Source: Naegleria gruberi (lineage: Eukaryota). From it: a stretch of DNA of 64,000 bases. The stretch lies in NCBI GenBank assembly GCA_000004985.1, contig GG738917.1; one strand, 5' to 3'. A model generated the notes under the pieces. It was not told the origin of the DNA. It worked only from the letters and a program-made list of their open reading frames with translations, and ran no database searches. This document shows positions 30,906-41,297 of this stretch, one piece after another; position 1 is the stretch's first letter, and every line of letters begins with the position of its first letter. Position numbers and translations under genes: made by a program.

Positions 30906-32123
30906 TTATCCAGCCCTTATAGCTCCAACCATGGTTGATAAGATCTTTTGAGCTGATGCCCTCTTACTCAAATTCAGTTTCTTTCTATCAACAGTACATC
31001 TATTCTTTGTAATACACATTGCAATAGCAACTTGGATGATATTATCTGAGGCAGTTCTTTCATAACATGGAGCTTTTTGTTGACATCCATAATAATAATA
31101 TTGCTGTCCGCATGTGGAGAAGATAGATGAGAATCCACCAAATGGTTGAGTACAATCAATCTTACAAGCAACACAAGTATTACGTTCAGAACCAGTGAAT
31201 AATGATCTTTCTCCTTGATCATCACTTGAAGGACCAGTCATATCAAAAAAGCTTGGATTTTGAGCTGCAATTTGCTTGGCAAGAGTATCAATTGCATTAT
31301 ATGTGATGTGTGTATCCTTTCCTCCATTGCCATTTGCCACAGCAGTTGGTACAGGTTTTACAACAACTGTTGGTGGAGCTACAACAGCAGCAACGGTTAC
31401 CTTTTTAACATTGTTAACCAATGGATCTCTGGTTACCTTGGTAGTTTTGGCTTTAGCCTTACTCTTTGATTTACTCTTTGATTTACTCTTACTCTTGGAC
31501 TTTCCTTTAGATTTTCCTTTAGATTTTCCTTTAGATTTACCTTTAGACTTTCCTTTAGATTTACCCTTTGAAGACTTTCCTTTGGATTTACCTTTGGATT
31601 TTCCAGAAGATTTACCCTTAGATTTACCAGATGACTTTCCTCTTGAACCCTTGCTGCCACCTTTGGAGCCACCTTTACTGCCTCTAGAACCACCTCTGGA
31701 TCCACCTTTACTGCCTCTTGAGCCACCTTTGCTTCCTCTGCTTCCACCTCTAGAACCTCCACTTCTGCTTCCTCTGGATCCTCCTCTTGAACCTCCACTT
31801 CTAGAACCACCTCTTGAGCCACCTCTGCCTCCTCCTCCACGGCCACCACCACGGCCTCCTCCACCTCTGCCTCCACCACCACGACCACCTCCACCTCCTC
31901 TACCTCCAAGAGTGGTTGCTGCATGTGTTGCTCTTTCATAATTTTCCAAATCTTCCTCATCCAAATCGTGTCCAAGAACGAGTGTAGTTCTGGTTTTACT
32001 TGATGAGGCAGTACTGGCTGGTCCTCTGCATTGACTGGCTGTGGCATCAACATAGATAACCATGGCCAACAAGGCAACCAAACCAAACAATACGCTGATT
32101 CTTACACCTCTGTTAAATAACAT
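30906..32123 (-). CDS. secreted basic Gly/Arg/Ser/Lys-repeat protein with conserved C-terminal 8-Cys domain (paralog C)
   Basis: The track start is GTG; the first ATG is at 32123 and gives a clean signal peptide (MLFNRGVRISVLFGLVALLAMVIYVDA). It has TASQCRGP, an acidic stretch, (RGGGG)n, (GSRGGS)n and (KSKGKS)n repeats. The C-terminal Cys domain is CVACKIDCTQ...YYYYGCQQKAPCY...AMCITKNRC. Confidence 0.6.
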   Translation of the reverse strand: MLFNRGVRISVLFGLVALLAMVIYVDATASQCRGPASTASSSKTRTTLVLGHDLDEEDLENYERATHAATTLGGRGGGGGRGGGGRGGGGRGGGRGGGGRGGSRGGSRSGGSRGGSRGSRSGGSRGGSRGSKGGSRGSKGGSRGGSRGSKGGSKGGSKGSRGKSSGKSKGKSSGKSKGKSKGKSSKGKSKGKSKGKSKGKSKGKSKGKSKSKSKSKSKSKSKAKAKTTKVTRDPLVNNVKKVTVAAVVAPPTVVVKPVPTAVANGNGGKDTHITYNAIDTLAKQIAAQNPSFFDMTGPSSDDQGERSLFTGSERNTCVACKIDCTQPFGGFSSIFSTCGQQYYYYGCQQKAPCYERTASDNIIQVAIAMCITKNRCTVDRKKLNLSKRASAQKILSTMVGAIRAG

Positions 32124-32358
32124 TTTTTTAAAGATACACACTCATAATTTTACAGAACTGATACATTTCTCACTATCAACCTTCCAAATTAAGTATGATG
32201 TGAGTACGGTAGTGGAACACTTTCTGGATATTTGAAGTTTTCAATCGAGTCAGCATGGAATAGGAACAAATAAACAGCACTTATGTGGCATGATAAAAGA
32301 ATTTGGGTATTAATTCAGTTAGCTATCAAGAGATTTGTAAAATAATTTATCTGAAAAA

Positions 32359-33126
32359 ATGCCTAATTTCAAATATTTTTCGGTGCTGATCCTCGTTTCA
32401 ATAATTACATTGGTAATGGAATTTGTTTTAGCTGGGGTGACTATTCCAGCAAGTATTGCTCCTCTCAACACCATCATTAATTTAAAAAACAGCCAAACCG
32501 ATTTCAACAATAATGGAAATCAGACTGATGCATTCACTCCTATAGCATTGGAAGGAAAGATGAATATCACGATCAGTGCTCGTTATTTTACCTTGATTAA
32601 TTTGCCAACTAATAGAATTATAGTATTGAATATTTCGGAAGTGGATAATTGCAAACAACAACAGAACAGTTCGGAATCAACAACATGCACTTCATCCGAG
32701 AGTAATAATTTGAAATTTCTAATTCAATACAGTGATTGGGTAACCGAGAAAAAGTATGAAATGGTAATAACACCAAACACTAATTTTACATTGAAAATCA
32801 AGAATGCCAACGATAGTACATTCTATTCGATTGGAGTTTTCAGAGTAAAATCCTCAAAAAACATTGATGGAGCAATAACAGATGGTAATGAATATAATTT
32901 CCTATTTCAGTTGGATGTTGTGGACTCTATTGAAATGCCAGAATATGTATTTGTGATAATAATGATTTGTTCAGGACTTGTTGCTTCAATTATGTTTTTA
33001 ATTACATTAATTCAATCTGGAGTTTCAATGACTTTTGTTTTGGGAGTGGATTTCTTTTCATTATGTTATAGGAGAGGAAAGAAAGGTTATTCACAAATTA
33101 ATGTGAATATTCCTGAGGAAGAGTAA
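32359..33126 (+). CDS. hypothetical type-I membrane glycoprotein (signal peptide, N-glycosylation sites, C-terminal TM)
   Basis: An N-terminal hydrophobic signal, many NxS/T sites and a single TM helix near the C-terminus (YVFVIIMICSGLVASIMFLITLI). ATG verified. Confidence 0.35.
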   Translation: MPNFKYFSVLILVSIITLVMEFVLAGVTIPASIAPLNTIINLKNSQTDFNNNGNQTDAFTPIALEGKMNITISARYFTLINLPTNRIIVLNISEVDNCKQQQNSSESTTCTSSESNNLKFLIQYSDWVTEKKYEMVITPNTNFTLKIKNANDSTFYSIGVFRVKSSKNIDGAITDGNEYNFLFQLDVVDSIEMPEYVFVIIMICSGLVASIMFLITLIQSGVSMTFVLGVDFFSLCYRRGKKGYSQINVNIPEEE

Positions 33127-33129
33127 AGC

Positions 33130-35520
33130 TTAGAAACTCAATTTTCTCGAGGTTGGAATAATGAAATCGCCCAACAGTAATCCAATAGTTACTGATACCG
33201 TGATAGAAAGTAAATTGAATACAAATTCAATGCCACTAATCAAACTAGTCTCATCTCCTGAGCTAGCTGTCAAAAATTCCTTAACACCTCTCACACCAAA
33301 TGCAGCAGGTATTAACAAAACAGTACCACAAACTGTAACCAGTAAAGCAGGATTTTTGGTAATATGAGCATACAAATTACCAGTAACACCACAAACAAGA
33401 GCTCCTAATAAAGCACCCACTTCTGTTCCTAAATAGTATGAGCTGTATGTAGTTACAAAGAATGAAAGATAAGAAATGATAGCTACGAAAATATAGGTCA
33501 CTATCTTCTTGGGCACTCTGAACGTGAAAATATTTGAAACAATAATAAGTGGTAAAACTAGAGCTAAAATCCACTCTGGAACTCGTCTAAAGGTTCGGTA
33601 CTTGTCTGGTTTTTCGTGAGAAAAAATGGTGGTAGAATTCGATAAGAAGTGGTCTATTCCTGTGGCCATCAACACACCAAATCCAAGCTGTAATGTCACA
33701 ATGAAACCACTGAATAATCTTACTGAACCACTCAACAAGTGTCTCGTACTCAACTCGGCAATACCTGTTGTGAATTGAATACCTGGTAAAATGGAGAATA
33801 CGCCACAAAGCGTTACCAAAAATACTGATAATGGAGAGGCAACTGGATCAGCAAATTGGGCAAAAACGATTTTCAAAATTGTGGCTACAATACCAGCAAC
33901 CACAGAATTAATTACACTATTTACACGTTGGAAATATGGATACCTTTCTGCAAGTGTACAGAAAAGACCAACAAGAACACCTATCGCACAAGAGGTTATC
34001 ATTTCAATAATACTTCCATCCAAGAATACTACCCAAGCAAAGCTATTGAGCAAGTGAGTTATGATTTGATAAAATGAATGGTTAAATATTGGCTTACTCT
34101 TAATGACCTTTCTAATTCTTGTTCTTGCATCAGGAATGGTAATTTTTCTTTGAGCAAGTTCATCAGCAATGTGATCGAGCTTGTACAACTTGTCAAGATT
34201 CAAAGAGCCACCAGCTGATGATAAATTAGCACTATCGATGGTAATATAAAGAGTAGTAGAGGTACTTCTACCATTTTCAACATTAAAGTGTGTCCAATCG
34301 ATAGGGTCAGAGAATGAAAACAACAACCCAGTACTGGTATATTCAATTTGGCATGGTTTGACACCGAATTGTTTTGAAATATATGTAAGATGGTACTCTA
34401 AACGGTGCGCTGGAATACCAAAAGTTGCCAAAGCAAATCCAAGATCGATGAGAATTAATTGAACTTGTCTTTCATATTCGAATATTGTCGAGTAGGAGCT
34501 TCCTACTACTTGATTACCATTATCTGATAAACTTTCATCCACAACAATTTTTCCCTCCTCCATTTCAGTAATCTTTTCATTTGAAAAGATGGAATCAGAT
34601 GGTAATTTCTCCTCACTCTCTGAAATAGGTTTGTTTGAAAATGATTTGGTAAAGTAATTATCAAATACATTGAAGGATGGAGATTTCTTTGTCGAAGAAG
34701 TTGGAGTAACATTATGCATATTTGGAATAGATCCCAAATGCAGTGGTTGATCCCTTTCAGAGAGGGCATTCATATTATCTTCACTTTTAACAGTCTCCAA
34801 CCCTTCAGCACTAGGTGTTTTGGCTCCTTTTTTTCTGATAATTATATTAGATTTTTCAACAAAAGATCCTGAAGTTTTCTTCTTTCTTAAACGTTTGTTT
34901 TGAGAAGGAATATTTAGTGTAATATCACTTCTCTCCCTGTTAATTTCATGTTCAATAGGATCCATAGTATCATCCTCTTCGGATTTATAAATTAATTTGG
35001 GTGCACTTGTAATTGGTTGTCTTTGTTGTTTCATGGTGCGTTTTGTTTCCTTCATTCGTTGCACCATACCATTAATCATTCTCACACGTTCTTCCAAAAG
35101 TTCCTTTTGTTGAGTCAATTGAACAAGTGATGTTCTTTTAAAATCATCAGAAGGTAACAAGCTGTTAGATTGAGAATCATAGGAGGACAACATGTCTCTG
35201 TGAGGATATTCGGATTGGCTTCTCAATAAATGATGAGGTTTTTGTGCTGATTCATCCTTATTGCCAACCATTTCAAGCCACCACCACTTTGGACTTGTTT
35301 TCTTTTGTTTCGGAGTTGCTTTCTTGGAAACATCTACAATAGGACTATCATCATCAATAATAATTTCCTCCGATTTGGTTGTTTCCTGTTGATGGTCTTC
35401 CCTTTGTTGAAGTCCAAACCAATTAAACAATGATCTTTTTCCTGATGTTTGTTTCCTCTGTTCTGGTTGTTTAGCACTTGTAGAATTGATTGAATTTTGA
35501 ATTGAAGTATGATGAATCAT
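33130..35520 (-). CDS. ThrE/DUF1212-DUF3815-family (Prm10/YjjP-like) multi-pass membrane protein with long Ser-rich N-terminal extension
   Basis: The C-terminal 450 aa have about 10 predicted TM helices and an architecture like the putative threonine/serine exporter family. ATG at 35520 is preceded by an in-frame TAA. Upstream exons cannot be excluded because an assembly gap begins 230 nt upstream. Confidence 0.45.
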   Translation of the reverse strand: MIHHTSIQNSINSTSAKQPEQRKQTSGKRSLFNWFGLQQREDHQQETTKSEEIIIDDDSPIVDVSKKATPKQKKTSPKWWWLEMVGNKDESAQKPHHLLRSQSEYPHRDMLSSYDSQSNSLLPSDDFKRTSLVQLTQQKELLEERVRMINGMVQRMKETKRTMKQQRQPITSAPKLIYKSEEDDTMDPIEHEINRERSDITLNIPSQNKRLRKKKTSGSFVEKSNIIIRKKGAKTPSAEGLETVKSEDNMNALSERDQPLHLGSIPNMHNVTPTSSTKKSPSFNVFDNYFTKSFSNKPISESEEKLPSDSIFSNEKITEMEEGKIVVDESLSDNGNQVVGSSYSTIFEYERQVQLILIDLGFALATFGIPAHRLEYHLTYISKQFGVKPCQIEYTSTGLLFSFSDPIDWTHFNVENGRSTSTTLYITIDSANLSSAGGSLNLDKLYKLDHIADELAQRKITIPDARTRIRKVIKSKPIFNHSFYQIITHLLNSFAWVVFLDGSIIEMITSCAIGVLVGLFCTLAERYPYFQRVNSVINSVVAGIVATILKIVFAQFADPVASPLSVFLVTLCGVFSILPGIQFTTGIAELSTRHLLSGSVRLFSGFIVTLQLGFGVLMATGIDHFLSNSTTIFSHEKPDKYRTFRRVPEWILALVLPLIIVSNIFTFRVPKKIVTYIFVAIISYLSFFVTTYSSYYLGTEVGALLGALVCGVTGNLYAHITKNPALLVTVCGTVLLIPAAFGVRGVKEFLTASSGDETSLISGIEFVFNLLSITVSVTIGLLLGDFIIPTSRKLSF

Positions 35521-35750
35521 TGGTGTATCTTCCTCCTCTTCAGTTGAAGACTCTTCCGCACTCTCTGATTCATCTGCATCAGATGAAGAGATGTGAATCT
35601 GTTGCTTGGCAACACTGTTTTGTTTAATTAATCTCCTTTTACTTCCATTATTATTATTGTTGATATTATTACTATTGGGAAGACTTTGACTAATGGTCGG
35701 ATGTTGTTGTTCTAATGTTGATGATGATGAACCAATAATTCATAATATTC

Positions 35751-36300
35751 NNNNNNNNNNNNNNNNNNNNNNNNNNNNNNNNNNNNNNNNNNNNNNNNNN
35801 NNNNNNNNNNNNNNNNNNNNNNNNNNNNNNNNNNNNNNNNNNNNNNNNNNNNNNNNNNNNNNNNNNNNNNNNNNNNNNNNNNNNNNNNNNNNNNNNNNNN
35901 NNNNNNNNNNNNNNNNNNNNNNNNNNNNNNNNNNNNNNNNNNNNNNNNNNNNNNNNNNNNNNNNNNNNNNNNNNNNNNNNNNNNNNNNNNNNNNNNNNNN
36001 NNNNNNNNNNNNNNNNNNNNNNNNNNNNNNNNNNNNNNNNNNNNNNNNNNNNNNNNNNNNNNNNNNNNNNNNNNNNNNNNNNNNNNNNNNNNNNNNNNNN
36101 NNNNNNNNNNNNNNNNNNNNNNNNNNNNNNNNNNNNNNNNNNNNNNNNNNNNNNNNNNNNNNNNNNNNNNNNNNNNNNNNNNNNNNNNNNNNNNNNNNNN
36201 NNNNNNNNNNNNNNNNNNNNNNNNNNNNNNNNNNNNNNNNNNNNNNNNNNNNNNNNNNNNNNNNNNNNNNNNNNNNNNNNNNNNNNNNNNNNNNNNNNNN
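35751..36300. other. assembly gap (550 N)
   Basis: Uninterrupted run of n characters. The flanking X-containing ORFs in the track are artefacts. Confidence 0.99.
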
Positions 36301-36609
36301 GCAATTTACTGTAAATTATTTGTTCGCTTCAATAGAACACCACATTCGCATAGCACACAACCTTATAACGCGCACGACAATATAGTATGAAATTCATATT
36401 GCGCTATACATACCTTTGCTCAATAAACACTTTCTTATGAAAATACAAATTATCTTGGTGCTTTCAACACCTATCCCGTAGAGAAATTTGAAATTCAAAA
36501 GGTAGCAGCACAACCTTAAATCCATTGCGAATTTCTTCATTCATTTTCATTCATCAAATCATCAAACGTAACGGACAGCTAATTCTCTCTCCCAAATAAT
36601 CTTAAAAAA

Positions 36610-38115
36610 ATGAGTGCAGTGACTATGAGGAGGAAGAATATGAACCGCATCGAGTTGGTTCCTCAAAGAAGTGCTGCTACAAATGGTGGTGGTGGTGGTT
36701 GTGGTGTTGGACTTAATTCATCTTGTGTGCTATCGCCAACCAATAATGCAACATCGCCTACTAATAATACAACAATAGTGATGGGTGAGGGAACAACATC
36801 TAAGGGTGGTATGATTAGTTCTGCGAGAGGAAGTAATCAAGATAAGAAAAACTCTCCCTCTAATCAAAATAGACCATCTACGACTAGTTCGATATTTTCA
36901 ATGACATCTTCTGTAAAGTCTGCAAAGATTGTTGAGAGTAGAAGTTCTCTTATCAAGAAGGCCAATGATCGTTTTGCACACAAGAAAATGTCCATCTCTG
37001 ATAGAAATTCAACATTCCCTGGAGTTAATGAGTACAGATTTGCAAAGGAGAAGGAAGATATTATGGAATCTGTGCTCGATAAGATTAACAATCTCTCCAA
37101 TCATTCGTACTTTACTGGCTCTGATGATGGAAAATCTCAAAAGAGCTCAGACCTCTTCATCATGGGCAAAGCTCCAAGTGTCTCACAATCTCAACAATCG
37201 ACTGAATCTCAACTCTCCTCACAATCTCAATATCAAAGACAATATATTGAATGGAAAAATGCAAAAGAAATCAATGAGAGCAGTAAGCAAATTGCAGAAA
37301 CTATCAAGAAAAGAGAAGGACATGTTCCATTTGGTACTTTTGGAGTGTTCCAAACTGGTAACTCAATATATAAGAGGGACTTTATTACAGAGGATGCTCT
37401 GAAGAAGAGAATGAATGAAATTGAAATTGAGGAGAGAGGAAGTTATGTTTTGAATAATCCATGGGAGAAGAATGATGACGATGAAGTAGCAGACGAAGAA
37501 AACAATAAGGAAGACTCTCCAATAGCTGAACAAACAGCGAATGCTGAAGAGAACCATAGACAAACATCAGAGAATGAAGGAAACAATAACTCGAGGGCCT
37601 GTACTCCTATGGATATTGACAAGAGAAGTTCGAGCTCTGGCTCTGCGCAAGAGGAAGATCCTATTGAAATTATTGGAGAGGAACCACATCCAGAAGGACA
37701 GTCAGTGGCCATGATCAATGTAACAAAACCAACAGACTTTGATGCTGCATCTGTGTTTAGCTGTAGTACTCATCACAGTCTATACTCGAGAAGATATGCA
37801 CCTTCAACATGTTCATCAACATTTAGTACAGGGAAAAAGGGTATTAAGGGTGGTAAAGCCAAATATATGCCTAGACCTATGGCTTCCTCGCTGATAGAGC
37901 CTCGATTAAAAACATCGAGTTCTGCTCATTCATCCAATTCCCAAACACCACCTCCAACATCACCTTCTTCCTCCACCACTCTTTCCAAATCTCTCAATAT
38001 TGATGATGTGCGTAAAAACTTTACTCCAATTTCTTCTAGGCATAATTTCCCCCAAGGTAGAAAGAATACTTTCAATTCGATCATAAGATCGAGTGATGTA
38101 CTGTCCACCAACTAA
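36610..38115 (+). CDS. hypothetical Ser/Thr/Asn-rich low-complexity protein
   Basis: 501-aa ORF with ATG verified. Composition is biased throughout and no domain was recognised. Confidence 0.3.
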   Translation: MSAVTMRRKNMNRIELVPQRSAATNGGGGGCGVGLNSSCVLSPTNNATSPTNNTTIVMGEGTTSKGGMISSARGSNQDKKNSPSNQNRPSTTSSIFSMTSSVKSAKIVESRSSLIKKANDRFAHKKMSISDRNSTFPGVNEYRFAKEKEDIMESVLDKINNLSNHSYFTGSDDGKSQKSSDLFIMGKAPSVSQSQQSTESQLSSQSQYQRQYIEWKNAKEINESSKQIAETIKKREGHVPFGTFGVFQTGNSIYKRDFITEDALKKRMNEIEIEERGSYVLNNPWEKNDDDEVADEENNKEDSPIAEQTANAEENHRQTSENEGNNNSRACTPMDIDKRSSSSGSAQEEDPIEIIGEEPHPEGQSVAMINVTKPTDFDAASVFSCSTHHSLYSRRYAPSTCSSTFSTGKKGIKGGKAKYMPRPMASSLIEPRLKTSSSAHSSNSQTPPPTSPSSSTTLSKSLNIDDVRKNFTPISSRHNFPQGRKNTFNSIIRSSDVLSTN

Positions 38116-38188
38116 TTTGTACATAATAAATAATAAGTTGTAGTTTTATTATAACATAGGCCTTTGAGGATGCTGGTCAATTCATAAT

Positions 38189-40171
38189 TTATTCAGTTTT
38201 CAACTTTCCAGAAGATGGTTCTTCAACAATTTCTTGGGATGGTTGTTTTTCTTCAGTTGACTCCTCATTGACTTTTTCTTCAGTGGTTGTTTCAGTAATT
38301 TCAGATTGTTTTTCTGTTGTTTGTTCTTCACCTCCTAATTATTTTAAATATTATTAATTATTAATTATTAATTGTAAATATTTACCTTGACCAAACTCAT
38401 TTACTCTCTTCAAGTCAACTGGATAAATCCATCTTTGATAAAGGTAAATGAAGAAAATGACGTCATCTCTCAAACAAGCAAGCTTGTACATATTTGGACT
38501 TTGAATAACAAAGGCAAACAAGTCATCAACAAATGTGTTAAGGGCCTTATAGACATAGGATTTCCATGGCATGGCAGCAACAGATTTGAGCTTGTAGTTA
38601 ACATAAACTTGTGGAACAGAGTTGAGGAAACCGAAAACATAGATAAATCCAACAATTGTGGACAAGACAAAGCTATACCATGATCTAAATTCATGATTGT
38701 AGAGAGCATAAATTGCATAACCAACAATCAATGGATAGAATACATAGGAAAGATAAGTGATGGCTTCGTTATCATATTCCTTAGTCTTGCTTTCAACATA
38801 GCTAGACTTGTCAGTAATCTCGATAAAGTATGGGAATTTGTTAGTTTTCTTGATTGATACATCTACAACCTTACTAATCTTCCAATATTCGATTAGTAAA
38901 CCAATACCATTACTAATTAAAATCATCCATGAGGTTTCATTATCGAACAAATAGAGGAAAATAGCTGTCTGGAAGAAGCAGTTCACAAAGATTGAACGAA
39001 TTGATAAACCTTCCATATTCTTTTGATTTCTATAGAATTGAATATCATTCTTGAATGCCAAAAAGTCAAAGACACTATGTAAAATGGATACAACAATAGT
39101 AATAGCCAACAAGTATGGATTAGTTTCAAAAAGCATACGCTTAATTTCATCAGACTCTGCTTCATCAGATCCAAATTGTTTTTGCATTCTGAGGGATTCA
39201 TCCATTTGTAAATGGAATTGCCACTTCCATTGATTTACAATTGACAAGTCCAATTCTAAAGGTAAGCTTTTCAATGTATCATTGAGAGCAACAAAGTGAC
39301 TTCTAATTGTCCAAAAATCATTAAAATAAAGAACTGGATAATATCTCTTTGGATTTCCACGCATTGGTAATAAGTGAATTGCTGATTGGAAATGAGCAGG
39401 AAGAGAACTAAGTGGAAGAGCATCATGCATATCAACCATACTCAAAAACACTTTTGGTAAATAATGAGGAATGTACAAATCTCCAACTTCTGCACTGCTT
39501 TCAGTTTCATTTTGTGTAGATGAATCAAAGAGTAAATTTCTCTTCTTATTCCTCTTTACTTTCAAAACTCTACTAAATGGATGAGTAATGTGTAAAATTC
39601 GTTCTGGTAATGAATTTCCTTCCTCCTGTAAGAAAGCATGGAAATGAACTGATTTGTTACCAATCAATAAATCATAAAACACTGGATAATCAGTTTGATT
39701 ATTAAATGTCAAATTAAATGTTTTGTGATTACTTTCACGATCATCATAATAAACTCTATCTTGCAACAATAATTCATGATGAATAGGTTCCGATGAAGTA
39801 TAGTTTACACGATCATAGATTTTTCGCATTAATTTTCTATCACTACTTGTTGATAAATAGAGTTGCAAAGTCATGGCACACGATTTACGGAAGGCAGGAG
39901 CAGCAACTATGGATGCTGATGAAGGTGCTGATTGAGTTGTTGTTGTTGTTGTAGTTTTGGAATCTAGTGAAGAAGCAGCACCATTATTTGCTTGATTTCC
40001 ACCACCTCCGAACAAACCTCCAGAAATCATCTTCATTACGAAAAAGACAATCAACACTCTAGAAATGGTTGAAAGTATTGTTGAGAAGGTGGATCCTTCT
40101 TCATTGTTGGTTCTGGCTGCTGTTGTTGTAGCAGAAGACTGTTGAGCAACAGTACCACCACTTGAAGACAT
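38189..40171 (-). CDS. CLPTM1 (cleft lip and palate transmembrane protein 1)-family membrane protein, 2 exons (38386..40171, 38189..38334)
   Basis: It resembles CLPTM1 over its length, with a lumenal domain then a TM region (FKNDIQFYRNQKNMEGLSIRSIF...LLIEYWKISKV). A 51-nt AT-rich intron (GTAAAT ... TTAG) contains a (TTAATTA)n microsatellite. The small 3' exon encodes an acidic tail (GGEEQTTEKQSE...). Confidence 0.65.
38335..38385. repeat. (TTAATTA)n-like AT microsatellite inside CLPTM1 intron
   Basis: The sequence attattaattattaattattaattg is visible directly. Confidence 0.6.
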
Positions 40172-40346
40172 TTTTTATTTCAATTTTATTTGAACACGTT
40201 TTTGGAATTTTAAAAAAGTATCCATCGATACTTTGTTGAAATCCATTGAGGAAATATTAATCAATTCCAAAATAATCCGCTCAATAGGGAAGAACACATG
40301 CTCTAGATCTGTACAATGCCAAAAAAAGTACAATATCTCTCAATAT

Positions 40347-41097
40347 TTATTGAAAAACGAGAGCCAACAAGGCAAGCAAACATCCAACTAAAACAATGAA
40401 TGAATTTTCAGATGTTCTTAAGGCAGCACCAGTTTTGCCAGTATTGGTATTGGTATTTCCCTTACCAACACTTGCAGCAGCAACAACTTTACCTGCAACA
40501 TTGATATCAACACATCCATAATATGGAGCTTCGTTTGCAGGAATCCACATCCATTGCAAAGTACAATTACTGCAATATCTATCTGGAATGGTAACATTTA
40601 CAACAGTATCACCAGCAGCACTCTTGATATTGTTGGCAAGAATGGTGGAAGCACCTCCAGCATAATCAAGAATTGAAATTCTCATAACACCACCTGTGTT
40701 GTTTTTTCATATAAATTGAATTTAATTTAATTTACTTTCCAATAACAAAACATACCGTGATTGGCTTGAATATTCCATGTGATTGGGACTACTTGATTAG
40801 CCTTGTAATTTTGTGTTGCCTTGGTCTTGGCAACGCTTCCACATGGTGATGTTTTTTGTGTGAGAGCCTGATGTCAAACAAGTGACGACGGTTGGCATGT
40901 GAAAATGGGTGAGATAGTGAAAGAGGAGTAGTAACAAAAAAAACGTGTTGATAAATAATATTAACATTGTTAATACCTACATCTGATCTACCAAAAGTTC
41001 TTGGCTTTGGGTTAATGAATTGACCGTGACCATTTGTGAATTGGAAAATGGTAAATAATAAAGTGAAGGCCAAGATGGCAAGGACAGTTGTACGCAT
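40347..41097 (-). CDS. small secreted, probably GPI-anchored protein with LPMO-like N-terminus (His1-Gly-x-Phe-x-x-Pro-x-x-Arg), 3 exons (40981..41097, 40756..40867, 40347..40693)
   Basis: A signal peptide (MRTTVLAILAFTLLFTIFQFTNG) is followed directly by HGQFINPKPRTFGR. The spliced product (GTAGGT and GTATGT donors, CAG acceptors, phases consistent) has a second His (NIQANHGG), paired Cys residues, and a C-terminal Ser/Gly/Thr-rich stretch plus hydrophobic tail (GPI signal-like). The unspliced read-through frame is AT-rich junk. Confidence 0.45.
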
Positions 41098-41297
41098 TTG
41101 TTGTGTTTGTTTTTTTTAAAGATGGGCTTTTAGAGTGTGATGATTGGAAACATGCGGATCAAAGACAGATGACAGGGATTCTTGATGATACAGATCGATT
41201 TGTCCAGTACAGAATACATTCAAATTATTTTTGACATAGGCCAGGCGGTAATTAATAGTAAATTGAGGCAATGGGATGTAATTAGTTGAGTTTAGGT

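Noticed and set aside
30974-32086. ORFs 31276..31941 +, 31433..32086 -, 31260..31469 +, 30974..31225 - inside Gly-rich paralog C
   Set aside because: Repeat-shadow artefacts. Only the 30906..32123 frame has a signal peptide and the conserved Cys domain.
18427-32141. Possibility that the periodic GKGGKG / KSKS / GSRGGS repeats are a CRISPR array or satellite
   Set aside because: The repeats are in frame within long ORFs, are codon-degenerate (amino-acid periodicity better conserved than nucleotide), and lack the spacer-repeat regularity of CRISPR arrays. The context is eukaryotic.
35690-36385. ORFs 35690..36304 - and 35693..36385 + containing long runs of X
   Set aside because: They span the 550-N assembly gap and are artefacts of translating N.
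40789-41097. Unspliced 102-aa ORF reading from the signal peptide into GINNVNIIYQHVFFVTT...HKKHHHVEALPRPRQHKITRLIK
   Set aside because: After codon 39 the frame runs through AT-rich low-complexity sequence. A GTAGGT donor at that point and two further canonical introns give a coherent Cys-containing secreted domain with a GPI-like tail. The spliced model is preferred.
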